Numbered from the stretch's first letter, positions 8,086 to 17,505 are shown. The stretch is 64,000 bases of DNA from a virus (IMGVR_UViG_3300046474_000142); one strand, 5' to 3'. Program-made: numbers and translations. Notes: a model not told the origin generated them from the sequence alone.

Positions 8086-9845
8086 CGGACAACAAGTGGG
8101 GACTCGATCTGAGCTACCCACATTCGTGTCGCTGCCCTAGATGCGCCAGAAACGGCAAAGATACGGCGGGCGACAATCTCAGTATCTACGGCCCCGGACT
8201 TGGAGCGTACTGTCATTCTTGCCAGTGGACGCTACTAAGCGACGAGGAAAAAGCCGCACGCGGCATTGACGAGGAAGAAGAGGATGAAACAGTGAGCACA
8301 AGAGAACCGATCACGGACGAAGAGAACGCTCGTATAAAGCAGTACACTGGTATTAAGTCTAAGGGGTGGCGAGGTATCAAGGACGAAACGAACAAATTTT
8401 TTGGAGTAAGGTATGAATATGATGAAGAAACCGGCGAGCCAGATGCTCAGTACACGCCTACGACTATCGGCGGCAAGCTTGTCGGCTACAAGGTCCGGCG
8501 AATGCCAAAAGACTTCAGCAGTCCCGTTGGAGTTGTTGGTAAAGATTGTGAACTCGCCGGGCAATTCAGGTTCCCCAATGGTGGCCGGGTAGTTTTGATC
8601 GTAGGTGGAGAGGTAGACCAACTCTCCGCTTACCAGATGATTGCTGAGTACCAAGCTACGAAAGGCTATGATGCCATCGCCGTGGTATCTCCGACTGTTG
8701 GTGAGACGGGATGTGCGAAGCAGGTTCAAGCGCAGTATGAATGGTTCGATAAATTTGACCGAATCATCATCGGTATGGATAACGATGCAGCCGGGGAAGC
8801 AGCAACGCACAAGATCGCTAAGGTACTGCCGAAGAACAAGCTGTACGTGGCTAAATGGTCCAAGAAAGACCCGAACGCTATGTTGCAAGCCGGTTTGGAG
8901 AAGCAGTTCGTCAACGACTACTTCCGTTCGAAGCCTTACACGCCGGATGGCATCGTTGGGTCGAGTTCGCTTGCGGACAAGATTCGTGAAGCTGCTGCGC
9001 TGCTGAAGATTCCGCTGCCGAAGTTCATGCACAAGTTGCAGGAGATGATGGCCGGTGGCATCCCGCTGAAGACGATCATCAACCTCGGCTCCGCGTCTGG
9101 CACTGGTAAGAGTACGATCATTGATGAGATGACCTACTTCTGGATTTTCAACAGTCCGTACAAGCCGGGTATCGTGACGCTGGAAAGCGATGCGGGCCAG
9201 TATGGTACGAAGCTGCTGAGCCGACATCTGGGCCGGAAGATCGACCTGATTGCGGACGTTACGGAGAAGTTGGCGTATCTCGACTCCGACTACGTACGTC
9301 AGAAGGAGCACGAGCTGTACTTCAGACCGGATGGTACGGAACGCTTCTATCTTGTCGAAGACCGTGATGGTGGCCTCGATTCGATGAAGGCGAAGATCGA
9401 AGAGCTGATTATCGGCTGTGGTTGCCAGCTCATCATTCTGGACCCGTTGCAGGACATTCTGGATGGTATGTCGAACGAAGACCAAGCTGTCTTCCTGAAG
9501 TGGATGAAGGGGCTTTTGAAGAGCCATGACGTAACGTTCATTAACGTGAATCACGTACGTAAAAGTGGTGGGGGCCAAAAAGCGAATTCAACCGGGGCCG
9601 ACCTGTTCGAAGAGGATATGCAAGGCAGTAGCTCCATCTTCAAATCTGGTGCATGTAACCTGTTGTTCACCCGTAACAAGGAAGCGGAGGATGAAGTGGA
9701 ACGCAACACCACTCGTATGAAGGCCAGTAAGATTCGTTGGACCGGCAAGACCGGCGTAGCAGGTGACTACTACTACAGCAACGAAACGCACACGATGCAC
9801 GATAAATCCGATTGGTTGGAGAAGAATGGTGTTAAAGAGTTCTGA
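8082..9845 (+). CDS. T7 gp4-like DNA primase-helicase
   Basis: N-terminal Cys4 zinc ribbon (CRCPRC...CHSC); TOPRIM motifs (VVLIVGGEVDQ, IIIGMDNDAAGE); helicase Walker A GSASGTGKST and Walker B LIILDPLQD. Confidence 0.85.
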   Translation: MTDNKWGLDLSYPHSCRCPRCARNGKDTAGDNLSIYGPGLGAYCHSCQWTLLSDEEKAARGIDEEEEDETVSTREPITDEENARIKQYTGIKSKGWRGIKDETNKFFGVRYEYDEETGEPDAQYTPTTIGGKLVGYKVRRMPKDFSSPVGVVGKDCELAGQFRFPNGGRVVLIVGGEVDQLSAYQMIAEYQATKGYDAIAVVSPTVGETGCAKQVQAQYEWFDKFDRIIIGMDNDAAGEAATHKIAKVLPKNKLYVAKWSKKDPNAMLQAGLEKQFVNDYFRSKPYTPDGIVGSSSLADKIREAAALLKIPLPKFMHKLQEMMAGGIPLKTIINLGSASGTGKSTIIDEMTYFWIFNSPYKPGIVTLESDAGQYGTKLLSRHLGRKIDLIADVTEKLAYLDSDYVRQKEHELYFRPDGTERFYLVEDRDGGLDSMKAKIEELIIGCGCQLIILDPLQDILDGMSNEDQAVFLKWMKGLLKSHDVTFINVNHVRKSGGGQKANSTGADLFEEDMQGSSSIFKSGACNLLFTRNKEAEDEVERNTTRMKASKIRWTGKTGVAGDYYYSNETHTMHDKSDWLEKNGVKEF

Positions 9846-10377
9846 CCTTTCGGAAGTCTTTCTCTACGACCCGGAGGTTCCGGGTTGTTTGAGATGGAAT
9901 AAAGACATTATGTGTGGGCATAATAGATCGCAAGTCAAAGTCGGCAAGGGAGAAGTAGCAGGAGGGCCGGGTGAGAGGTACTACACCGTACGACACGATT
10001 ACCAAGCATACCTGAGTCACCGTGTCGTATGGGAACTCCACAACGGTCCAATACCTTCGGATATGACTGTAGATCACGAAGACGGCAATGGCTTGAACAA
10101 TCTTATCGGGAATCTGAGGTTGGTAACACAACTTATTAACCGCCGAAACTCTGGTAAGATGTCGAACAATACTTCAGGCTTCACAGGGGTAAGTTACCAA
10201 TCCCGTGAACACGCTTGGAGGGCAAGCTGGAAAGAGGACGGGAAGCAGAAGTCGAAGTCCTTCAGAATCTTCACGTTTGGGGACGACGCATTCAAGCTGG
10301 CCTGCCAACACCGAGCGCAGCAAATCGCAAGACTAAACAGCCAAGGCGCAGGGTATTCCGAACGCCACGGCACTTGA
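9826..10377 (+). CDS. HNH-AP2 homing endonuclease
   Basis: LYDPEVPGCLRWNKD; VDHEDGNGLNNLIGNLRLV; AP2-like tail NSQGAGYSERHG. Start is ATG 9826, inside the 3' end of the primase-helicase gene. Confidence 0.8.
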   Translation: MVLKSSDLSEVFLYDPEVPGCLRWNKDIMCGHNRSQVKVGKGEVAGGPGERYYTVRHDYQAYLSHRVVWELHNGPIPSDMTVDHEDGNGLNNLIGNLRLVTQLINRRNSGKMSNNTSGFTGVSYQSREHAWRASWKEDGKQKSKSFRIFTFGDDAFKLACQHRAQQIARLNSQGAGYSERHGT

Positions 10378-10408
10378 CAGAGGAACGTACGTAGTGTAAG
10401 CTACGTAC
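10374..10408 (+). promoter_or_regulatory. Early promoter with operator, identical to the 5146 copy
   Basis: TTGACA-17-TAAGCT, with GTACGTAG (10387-10394) and CTACGTAC (10401-10408). Confidence 0.6.
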
Positions 10409-10447
10409 TTTCTAACCTCGCCCGAAAGGGCAAACCAAGGAGAAGAT

Positions 10448-11497
10448 ATGACCAAAGCAACTGCAAAAATCACTGACCAATTCAAGAGTACCTACGTGTA
10501 CACGTATGGTATGTCTGACAGTGCTGTGGAAGCTGTGCAGGAAGCGTACTTCCGCATGGGCTTCAGCTACTACGGAAAGCGTACCGCGTGGAAAGGCCCG
10601 CACTCGTACATCCGCGTTGACGAGGATGGGCGTATGTTCCGTGCTTCGGGTACGCACAAGAACCGCCCAGCAGCATACGGTGAACACAAATCAGTCGAAG
10701 TGTTCTACGCCTTCTTGAGTGACAGCGCTGAAGCCGTACGCAGGATCAAACGCGAAGAAAGCAAGGCTTCCAAGAAGCGCCGTGCTCAGCGTAAGTGGGA
10801 TGCTACTGCTACCAAGCGTACCACGGAAGTCTGCCCTGTGCGTCGTGACGTTATCGTATCCGTCCGGTTGAATAACGGTGCTACCTACACCGGGGAAGCC
10901 GGGAAATGGGACTGGGCGACCTCGGACTCCATGAGGTTCGCTGACATCGAAAGCTACAAGGTGCTGTCGAAGAATAAGCATCGTCCGCTGCCGGAAAAAG
11001 GAACGACTCTCTCGCTGGAACAGATGGCGACTGGCATCGCTGAAAGCCTGAACCGCGAAGTAGCCATCCCGGTATCGAGCGCTGAGATTCTGGACGCTTC
11101 GAACAACGTCATCGGCGTCACCAGCGTGACAGAAGTGGCCCCGGTGGGGGATGTCAACAGTGATTCACGAGGCTCCGGCGCTCGCTACAACGCTGGCAAG
11201 CCTGATTTCTCGCTGATTCCGATGGCCTTACTGGAAGGGGAGGCCCGTGTCTGGAACTACGGTGCGAAGAAGTACAAGGCATGGAATTGGATGAAGGGCA
11301 TGGATTGGTCTGTCCCGTTCGCTTGTGCAATGCGCCATATGGCAGCGTGGCAGCGAGGCGAAGACACCGATCCTGAAACCGGCGAGAGCCATCTGGACCA
11401 TGCAATGTGCAACCTGCGTATGCTGCGGTACTACGCGGACTTTTACAAAGAGGGCGACAATCGCCCGAAAGAGTTCTTCGCACCGGAACAGAAATGA
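10448..11497 (+). CDS. hypothetical protein whose C-terminal domain resembles the DUF5664 dATP/dGTP diphosphohydrolase-associated domain
   Basis: C-terminal RYNAGKPDFSLIP...YGAKKYKAWNW...MRHMAAWQRGEDTDPETGESHLDHAMCNL is recalled as the DUF5664 pattern. The N-terminal 230 aa are unassigned. Confidence 0.4.
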   Translation: MTKATAKITDQFKSTYVYTYGMSDSAVEAVQEAYFRMGFSYYGKRTAWKGPHSYIRVDEDGRMFRASGTHKNRPAAYGEHKSVEVFYAFLSDSAEAVRRIKREESKASKKRRAQRKWDATATKRTTEVCPVRRDVIVSVRLNNGATYTGEAGKWDWATSDSMRFADIESYKVLSKNKHRPLPEKGTTLSLEQMATGIAESLNREVAIPVSSAEILDASNNVIGVTSVTEVAPVGDVNSDSRGSGARYNAGKPDFSLIPMALLEGEARVWNYGAKKYKAWNWMKGMDWSVPFACAMRHMAAWQRGEDTDPETGESHLDHAMCNLRMLRYYADFYKEGDNRPKEFFAPEQK

Positions 11498-11742
11498 CCT
11501 GTCTACTGGCGTTCCTTACGAGCTTCTTTAACATTGGACTGCGGAGCTTCCAACAGTTGAACGTTGTTGGCAAGAAGTACTTGTGGATTCTGCCCACGAG
11601 TATGATTATGGCAGCTTGTGAGGCTCTGATCTTGCTGTCGTACGTCCATAACGGATGGGGCTGGATCGTGGCAGCTATCGGCCTTGGTGGAGGGTTGGGC
11701 AGTATAACATCCACGTACCTGCACGGGCGTCTAACCCGGTAG
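11494..11742 (+). CDS. small membrane protein (two predicted TM helices)
   Basis: 82 aa from ATG 11494, overlapping the upstream TGA. Hydrophobic stretches LLAFLTSFF and WIVAAIGLGGGLG. Confidence 0.4.
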   Translation: MTCLLAFLTSFFNIGLRSFQQLNVVGKKYLWILPTSMIMAACEALILLSYVHNGWGWIVAAIGLGGGLGSITSTYLHGRLTR

Positions 11743-11751
11743 TAGTTTATA

Positions 11752-11779
11752 AAAGCCGCCGCTTGGCGGCTTTTATTTT
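11752..11779 (+). terminator. rho-independent terminator
   Basis: Hairpin agccgcc-gctt-ggcggct followed by TTTTATTTT. Confidence 0.7.
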
Positions 11780-11796
11780 AGGTATAAGGAGAAAAC

Positions 11797-12375
11797 ATGG
11801 TCTACGGAGTAGGTGTTTATGAGAGAGGGGAGTTTCCAGCGTACGTATGCGGAAGGCAGACCAAGGAGTACGTCTTGTGGAAGGGAATGCTGGAAAGATG
11901 CTACAGTGATAAACTGCACGCTAGGAAGCCGTCTTACGTTGGATGCTCTGTGTCAGAAGACTTCAAGTTCTTTCAAGAGTTCGCCCGCTGGGCTAACCGA
12001 CAGGTTATTTTCGGGGAGGTAGGAGTGCATCTGGACAAAGACTTGCTGGTTAAAGGGAACAAAGTGTACAGCCCGGAAACTTGTGTACTCGTACCGAAGG
12101 ATGTCAACCTGCTCTTAACTAAGCGTGAAGCGGAGCGCGGGCTTTATCCTATAGGAGTTTCGTTAGATAAGGGGCGAGGCTTATATGCCGCAGAGGTAAG
12201 GTTAAACGGTAAGAAAAAGAACCTCGGAAGGTTCCCTACGCCGGAAGACGCATTCGCTTCATACAAAACTGCGAAGGAAGCTCAAGTAAGGGCTGTAGCA
12301 GAAAAGTTCAAAGATTCGCTTGACCCAAGGGCATACGTAGCACTACAATCTTACCAAGTCGAACTGACAGACTAA
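11797..12375 (+). CDS. AP2-domain homing-endonuclease-like protein, family 2 (degenerate HNH)
   Basis: N-terminal WKGMLERCYS...YVGCSVSEDF; central HLDKDLLVKGNKVYSPETCVLVP (HNH-like layout); AP2/ERF-like GVSLDKGRGLYAAEVRLNGKKKNLGRFPTPEDAFASYKTA. Paralogs lie at 14039 and 25001. Confidence 0.6.
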   Translation: MVYGVGVYERGEFPAYVCGRQTKEYVLWKGMLERCYSDKLHARKPSYVGCSVSEDFKFFQEFARWANRQVIFGEVGVHLDKDLLVKGNKVYSPETCVLVPKDVNLLLTKREAERGLYPIGVSLDKGRGLYAAEVRLNGKKKNLGRFPTPEDAFASYKTAKEAQVRAVAEKFKDSLDPRAYVALQSYQVELTD

Positions 12376-12389
12376 CCAATGGAGAACAC

Positions 12390-13946
12390 ATGAGTATCAA
12401 AGCAACCGAACAACAACTGAACTGCATCGCCGCTGCGGTTAATCACATGATCGTCAAGATCGAGGCTGGTGCAGGATCGGGCAAGACCAGTACACTGAAA
12501 CTGGTATCTGCGGAGCTGTACGAGCGCTCGCTGTACATGGCCTTCAACAAGGTAACGGCCACTGAGGCAACGGAGAAGTTCCCTTCCCACGTTACCTGCA
12601 AGACAGGCCATAGCATTGCCTACGCCAAGTTTGGCCGTGGCCTGCAAGAGAAGCTGAGCCGTCCGAAGGGTGGCTACGTCAACGTCGCCTTCACCGGCAC
12701 CGAGATTGCCCGGTTCTACAAGATCGGTTGCATCATGGATATGGAGATGGGAACGCTTGCTACCACGGAGAACGCTGTCGGCCTGTTCGTCCGTCAAACG
12801 GTGGAACGCTTCGAACAGTCGGCTGACTCGGAAATCAGCGAGAAGCACCTGCCGAAGTTCGATATGGCGAAGACGCTGGCCGCTGACAAGTCCTCCGGCG
12901 ACTACGTTCTGCGGCTGGCAAAGCGCCTCTGGGAAGATCGTATCAATCCGAAGTCGGCTGTGCTGGCAACGCACGATACCTACCTGAAGCTGTTCCAGCT
13001 CAGCAAGCCGAACCTCGGCTACAAAGTGGTGTATCTGGACGAGGCACAAGATAGCACTCCTTGCGTGCTGGACATCGTGATGCGTCAAGCTGAATTCGGA
13101 GCGAAGATCGTGCTCGTGGGCGACCGCTACCAAGCGATTTACGGCTGGCGTGGTGCTATCAACGCTATGCAACGCGTAGACGGGCATACCGAGTCCCTGA
13201 CGAAGAGCTTCCGCTTCGGTCAAGGTGTTGCAGACGTTGCTACGGCTGTTCTGCAAGGCAAGATGACGCTTACCGGACTGGACCAGCCAACGATCATCGG
13301 CAGGAACGTAGTGGACCGTACGAAGCCGTATATGTACCTGTTCCGTACGAACTCCGGCCTGCTGTACACTGCCGTCTCGATGATCGCCCGTGGCGAGAAC
13401 GTACGTCTGGAAATCGATGTGAAAGACTTCCTGCGTCTACTGGAATCAGCGTTCGCTCTGTCGAAGAACGATATGCGGAACGTCAAGCACGAGAACATCC
13501 TGCCGTACCCGACTTGGAAGGACTACAAGGAAGAGGCCGAGAAGATGACTGGCGAGATGAAACGTATTGTGCGTATCATCGAAGAAGGCGACTACTTCCG
13601 CTTCGTCCGTACGTTGGAAGGGTTCCATAACCCGACAGATGCTCCGGTGGTGCTGACCACGGCTCACAAGGCCAAGGGCCGCGAGCACGATCAAGTGCTG
13701 CTGGCAGACGACTTCCCAAGCCACTATGACGGCGGTGACTGGGTTGGTCTGCCGGAGATGGAACAGAACCTTCTGTACGTAGCTGTGACCCGTGCGATGC
13801 GTGCTTTGGAAACCAACGACTCGGTGAGTGAAGCCATCGATTACTACAACGGCGGCGGTGGAATGTCACAGAGCCAGTTCAAGGATTATCTTCGGCGCGA
13901 GTTCCGAGAAGTCGAAGCTATCATCCACGGCGATGACTACAACTAA
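12390..13946 (+). CDS. UvrD/PcrA-type SF1 DNA helicase
   Basis: Walker A AGAGSGKTS; DEAQD (Walker B/DExx); VLVGDRYQAIYGWRGA (motif III). Confidence 0.75.
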   Translation: MSIKATEQQLNCIAAAVNHMIVKIEAGAGSGKTSTLKLVSAELYERSLYMAFNKVTATEATEKFPSHVTCKTGHSIAYAKFGRGLQEKLSRPKGGYVNVAFTGTEIARFYKIGCIMDMEMGTLATTENAVGLFVRQTVERFEQSADSEISEKHLPKFDMAKTLAADKSSGDYVLRLAKRLWEDRINPKSAVLATHDTYLKLFQLSKPNLGYKVVYLDEAQDSTPCVLDIVMRQAEFGAKIVLVGDRYQAIYGWRGAINAMQRVDGHTESLTKSFRFGQGVADVATAVLQGKMTLTGLDQPTIIGRNVVDRTKPYMYLFRTNSGLLYTAVSMIARGENVRLEIDVKDFLRLLESAFALSKNDMRNVKHENILPYPTWKDYKEEAEKMTGEMKRIVRIIEEGDYFRFVRTLEGFHNPTDAPVVLTTAHKAKGREHDQVLLADDFPSHYDGGDWVGLPEMEQNLLYVAVTRAMRALETNDSVSEAIDYYNGGGGMSQSQFKDYLRREFREVEAIIHGDDYN

Positions 13947-14038
13947 TATGCAAACCCACGAAGAGTGGGTTGCAGCTCGTCGTAAGGACGGGTACACAAA
14001 TGAAGAGATAGCAACCCTACCATTTTAAGGAGAAAAAT

Positions 14039-14620
14039 GTGACAAGGCTCGTACACGGCATAGGCCGATATGATAAAGGTAAGTACAAAGGCTGCATCGA
14101 CTACGTGGCGACGTTTGAGTATGGCGTGTGGACAAGAATGCTTCGCCGGTGTTCTGACCAGCAGTTCCAGAAAGAAAACCCTACGTACACAGGATGCGGA
14201 GTGAGTGAAGAGTTCTTGAACTTTCAAGACTTCGCGGAGTGGGCAAGCAAGCAGAAAGGGTTCCGTTCTGAAGGTTGGCAACTCGATAAAGACCTTTTGC
14301 TAAAAGGTAATAAGGTGTATAGTAGTGCTACATGTGTGTTCCTCCCCGAAGAAATCAACAAGGCACTGCCAAATTCTAAGGCTAGTCGAGGGGTGTACCC
14401 TGTAGGGGTCGAGAAGCACGGGCCGAGTTTTAGGGCTAAAGTCGGCGGGAGCATTAAGCAGGTACGCTACGGTTGCTATTCGACCCCGGAGGCTGCATTT
14501 GAGCGATACCGAGTAGAAAAGAAGCGCTCGCTTTGCGAACTGGCTGAAAAGTACAAATCACAACTGGACAGGAGGGCTTACGAAGCACTACTTAACTATG
14601 ACATTAATATAGGGGACTGA
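14039..14620 (+). CDS. AP2-domain homing-endonuclease-like protein, family 2
   Basis: GTG start 6 nt after aaggag (the in-phase ATG two nt upstream gives ATG-TGA). WTRMLRRCSD...YTGCGVSEEF...LDKDLLLKGNKVYSSATCVFLP plus an AP2-like region. Confidence 0.6.
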   Translation: MTRLVHGIGRYDKGKYKGCIDYVATFEYGVWTRMLRRCSDQQFQKENPTYTGCGVSEEFLNFQDFAEWASKQKGFRSEGWQLDKDLLLKGNKVYSSATCVFLPEEINKALPNSKASRGVYPVGVEKHGPSFRAKVGGSIKQVRYGCYSTPEAAFERYRVEKKRSLCELAEKYKSQLDRRAYEALLNYDINIGD

Positions 14621-14621
14621 T

Positions 14622-17138
14622 ATGGAATTGAGAGTTATTTTCGATACGGAAGCAAAGAACCTGCTGAATTCCGAATCCATCGATTACACAGCCTCCCCCT
14701 ACTGCCTGAAAGACCCTGAGTTCGTACACTGCGTTGGCTTCGTAGACGCTGACTCCGACGACGAATGGATGTTCACCCCTGAGCAAGTGAGACGGGGAGA
14801 GCACATCGATTTCATCATGGAGAACGTTGTCGAGTTGATCGGCCACAATACGATTAGCTACGACCATTTGCTGCTGAAGCTGAACGATGGCTTGAACTAC
14901 TCCATCGGCTGCGAGCTGCTGGGCATCCCTGATACGATTACGTACAAGGGCCGCACCAAGGCAGTCAAGATTACCGATACGCTGGTGATGTCAAAGACGC
15001 TCAACCCTGACCGTCCTCAGCACAGCATTCAGTACTTCGGTAGCGTTCTGGGCCTTGAGAAGATCGACTGGCGGGCTAAGGCTGTAGAGCTGGGACTGGT
15101 ACAACCGAACGATCCGAAGGGTCAAGAGTTCCGCGTCTGGCACCCTGAGATGGGCGTCTACATGATGCGTGACTGCCATGTGAACAAACGGGTATGGAAG
15201 TGGTTGCTGAACGAATGGGGGAGCTGGAAGTGGGATGATGCGTACGAGCTTGAAAAGGCTGTCGCTGAAATCATTACCAGACAGGAGCACCGGGGATTCG
15301 CGTTCAACAAGGTGAAAGCCGTAGAGAATGTTCGCTTCCTTGATGCGAAGATGGAAGAGCTGCGTGCTACGGTGGAACCGCTGATTCCGCCAAAGCCGTT
15401 GACGAAGGGCAAGCTGGCGGACGTTACGCCGGTTGCGAAGCAGTTCAAGATTAACGGCGAGCCGACTACCCACATACTCAACTTCGCCAAGAAGCACGGT
15501 GGAGAGTTCGTGGAAGTGGATGGGAAATGGGTTGCAACGTTGTATGGTAAGGAGTACACTCTACCTATTCCTGCTGAGCCGCTGTTCGACACGGAGCCTG
15601 CCAAGCTGGACGATACGCTGCACATCAAGCAGTGGCTTGTCTCGATGGGCTGGAACGCCAGCCAGTATAAAGAGCGTGACCTTACAGTAGACAGCAAGAA
15701 AAAGAAGCTGACTGCGGAGAAGTTCAAGGAAGCTGTCACGAAGTATGTGGAACAGACTTGGGACAGTCCGTTTAAAACTGACAGGCTTGTAGAGCTGGAG
15801 TATTCAACAAGAGTGAGTAAGGAGTTCGTGTTAAGGAAACTTCTGGCCCACGAGCACATGAAGCGTCCATTGAAGGTTTATACCAATCCGACCTTAACAG
15901 TCGGCATGGAAAAGCAGGTTGATCCAGAGCTGGAGAAGTTGAGTGAAAAGTTCCCCTATGCCCAAGAGATTTCTCACTACTTAACTTACAAACACAGGAG
16001 GAACAGCATTCTTGGAGGCGGAATTGACCCCGATGACGAGGACGATGTTCAGAAGGGCTTCTTATCTGCGAACAGGGTCGAAGTTGACGGCAGGATTCCG
16101 ACTCCCGCTGATACGTGCGGAGCTGCTACGAGCCGGTTTAAGCACCGTCTGGTGGCTAACATCCCACGTGTGTCGTCCATGTATGGGTCCGAGATGCGTG
16201 AGCTGTTCGGTGTAGATGAGTATTTCTACCAGATGGGCTACGACTTCGACTCCCTGGAAGCGAAGGTTGAGGCGCACTACACGTACCGCTATGAAGGTGG
16301 ACCGGAGTACGGTGTTAGTTTGACGGCTGAGAAGCCGAACGACTGCCATACCGTCCTGGCTGCTTACATTTCGACCTTGCTGGGCCGTCCGTTCCCTCGT
16401 GGTACGGCGAAGAACGTGAAGTACGGTTGCTCGTACAACGCTCAGATCGCTCGTGTTGCGAAGACGGTGGGTTGTACCATTGAGGAAGCTACGATCATCT
16501 TCAACGCGTTCTGGGAGAAGGCTTTCCCGCTGAAGCAGTTGAAGGAAGCGATGCAAGCCTACTGGGAGAGCACTGGCGGTAAGAAATTCCTGCTGGGTAT
16601 CGATGGGCGTAAGCTGCCGATCCGTAGCAAGGGTAACGTCATCAACACGGCTTTCCAGTCGTGCGGTGTTATCTGCGCAAAACGAGCGATGGTATTGCAT
16701 GATCGTTACCTGAAGGCTGAAGGACTGTCGGTGGACTACTTTGCTGAGGACTGGAAGGCCAAGATCGAGGCAGGAGAGCACTTCTGCCAGCAACTCATTG
16801 CTTACCACGATGAGGCGCAGAGTGAAGTAACTAAAAGCAGCGTTACGTTCAAGCTGTTCAAGTTCGATGGGCCGTACGAGGTTAAAAACGACAAAGGCGA
16901 GATGGAGCTGTCCGAGTCTGCTAAAGCTGCTAAGAAGGCTTGTGCGGCGTTTAAAGCTGAGCAAACCGATAAGGTATGGTCTGACATCGGACATACGGAT
17001 AAGTGCTTCTACGTGGCTTATAACCGTGCTGGTGAGCTTGCTACGAAAGCTGTCACCGAAGCTGGTAAGTACTACAAGCTGAAGGTGGAGCTGACGGCTG
17101 GCTACATGATCGGAACTAACTGGGCCACCTGCCATTAA
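14622..17138 (+). CDS. family A DNA polymerase (T7 gp5-like) with 3'-5' exonuclease domain
   Basis: Exo I FDTEA near the N-terminus; KNVKYGCSYNAQ (motif B, K...YG); YHDEAQ (motif C HDE). 838 aa. Confidence 0.9.
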   Translation: MELRVIFDTEAKNLLNSESIDYTASPYCLKDPEFVHCVGFVDADSDDEWMFTPEQVRRGEHIDFIMENVVELIGHNTISYDHLLLKLNDGLNYSIGCELLGIPDTITYKGRTKAVKITDTLVMSKTLNPDRPQHSIQYFGSVLGLEKIDWRAKAVELGLVQPNDPKGQEFRVWHPEMGVYMMRDCHVNKRVWKWLLNEWGSWKWDDAYELEKAVAEIITRQEHRGFAFNKVKAVENVRFLDAKMEELRATVEPLIPPKPLTKGKLADVTPVAKQFKINGEPTTHILNFAKKHGGEFVEVDGKWVATLYGKEYTLPIPAEPLFDTEPAKLDDTLHIKQWLVSMGWNASQYKERDLTVDSKKKKLTAEKFKEAVTKYVEQTWDSPFKTDRLVELEYSTRVSKEFVLRKLLAHEHMKRPLKVYTNPTLTVGMEKQVDPELEKLSEKFPYAQEISHYLTYKHRRNSILGGGIDPDDEDDVQKGFLSANRVEVDGRIPTPADTCGAATSRFKHRLVANIPRVSSMYGSEMRELFGVDEYFYQMGYDFDSLEAKVEAHYTYRYEGGPEYGVSLTAEKPNDCHTVLAAYISTLLGRPFPRGTAKNVKYGCSYNAQIARVAKTVGCTIEEATIIFNAFWEKAFPLKQLKEAMQAYWESTGGKKFLLGIDGRKLPIRSKGNVINTAFQSCGVICAKRAMVLHDRYLKAEGLSVDYFAEDWKAKIEAGEHFCQQLIAYHDEAQSEVTKSSVTFKLFKFDGPYEVKNDKGEMELSESAKAAKKACAAFKAEQTDKVWSDIGHTDKCFYVAYNRAGELATKAVTEAGKYYKLKVELTAGYMIGTNWATCH

Positions 17139-17150
17139 CAAGGAGGGAGC

Positions 17151-17306
17151 ATGACACCGTACGACGAAGGCTACACTGCCTACGGAAAAGGGAAGGACTT
17201 CAGCGACAACCCGTACAAACGGGCTACGTGGGAGTGTGAATCATGGTGGGACGGATGGCAGGAAGCCCAGCGTCTCGCCTATTTTGAGAGGACTAGCAAT
17301 GTTTAG
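17151..17306 (+). CDS. Rmf (ribosome modulation factor)-like small protein, copy 1
   Basis: 51 aa. EGYTAYGKGKDFSDNPYKRATWECESWWDGWQEA aligns residue-for-residue with the E. coli Rmf core RGYQAGIAGRSKEMCPYQTLNQRSQWLGGWREA as recalled (GY-A-G-K...PY...W..GW.EA). Below the ORF-track length cutoff. Confidence 0.45.
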   Translation: MTPYDEGYTAYGKGKDFSDNPYKRATWECESWWDGWQEAQRLAYFERTSNV

Positions 17307-17469
17307 CGCAGATGAGTATTACGAAGGTAAGAAAGCCTACAGAGAGGGCTGCGAGTACGACGAGAACCCTTACCAAGAGGGCTCTACCGAGTACGACGAC
17401 TGGCAGGACGGCTGGGACGACGCTCAAGGCGAAGACTGGCAACCTGATTGGTTCGTAAATAGTCGCTAA
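17299..17469 (+). CDS. Rmf-like small protein, copy 2 (tandem paralog)
   Basis: 56 aa from ATG 17299. EGKKAYREGCEYDENPYQEGSTEYDDWQDGWDDA carries the same GY/AY-G-x-PY-x-W-DGW-A pattern, followed by an acidic tail. Confidence 0.45.
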   Translation: MFSADEYYEGKKAYREGCEYDENPYQEGSTEYDDWQDGWDDAQGEDWQPDWFVNSR

Positions 17470-17476
17470 ATAGCTG

Positions 17477-17505
17477 TTGACAGGCGGGATGAGAAGCCTT
17501 ACTAT
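17477..17505 (+). promoter_or_regulatory. sigma70-type promoter TTGACA-17-TACTAT
   Basis: Exact -35 hexamer with a 17-nt spacer, upstream of the small gene at 17538. Confidence 0.5.

Noticed and set aside
8235-9578. 447-aa minus-strand ORF inside the primase-helicase gene. Similar long antisense ORFs lie at 12372-13256, 16062-17141, 18016-18963, 30948-31928 and 37585-38601.
   Set aside because: All lie antisense to genes with clear catalytic motifs and have no RBS. Their translations are Arg/Leu/Val-rich and low-complexity, which is typical of antisense frames in codon-biased genes. They are treated as artefacts.
14622-17138. Checked the DNA polymerase, nrdA and primase-helicase for inteins or group I introns hosting the HNH genes
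   Set aside because: All three proteins are continuous and of normal length with contiguous motifs. The HNH genes are free-standing between genes, not intron- or intein-encoded.
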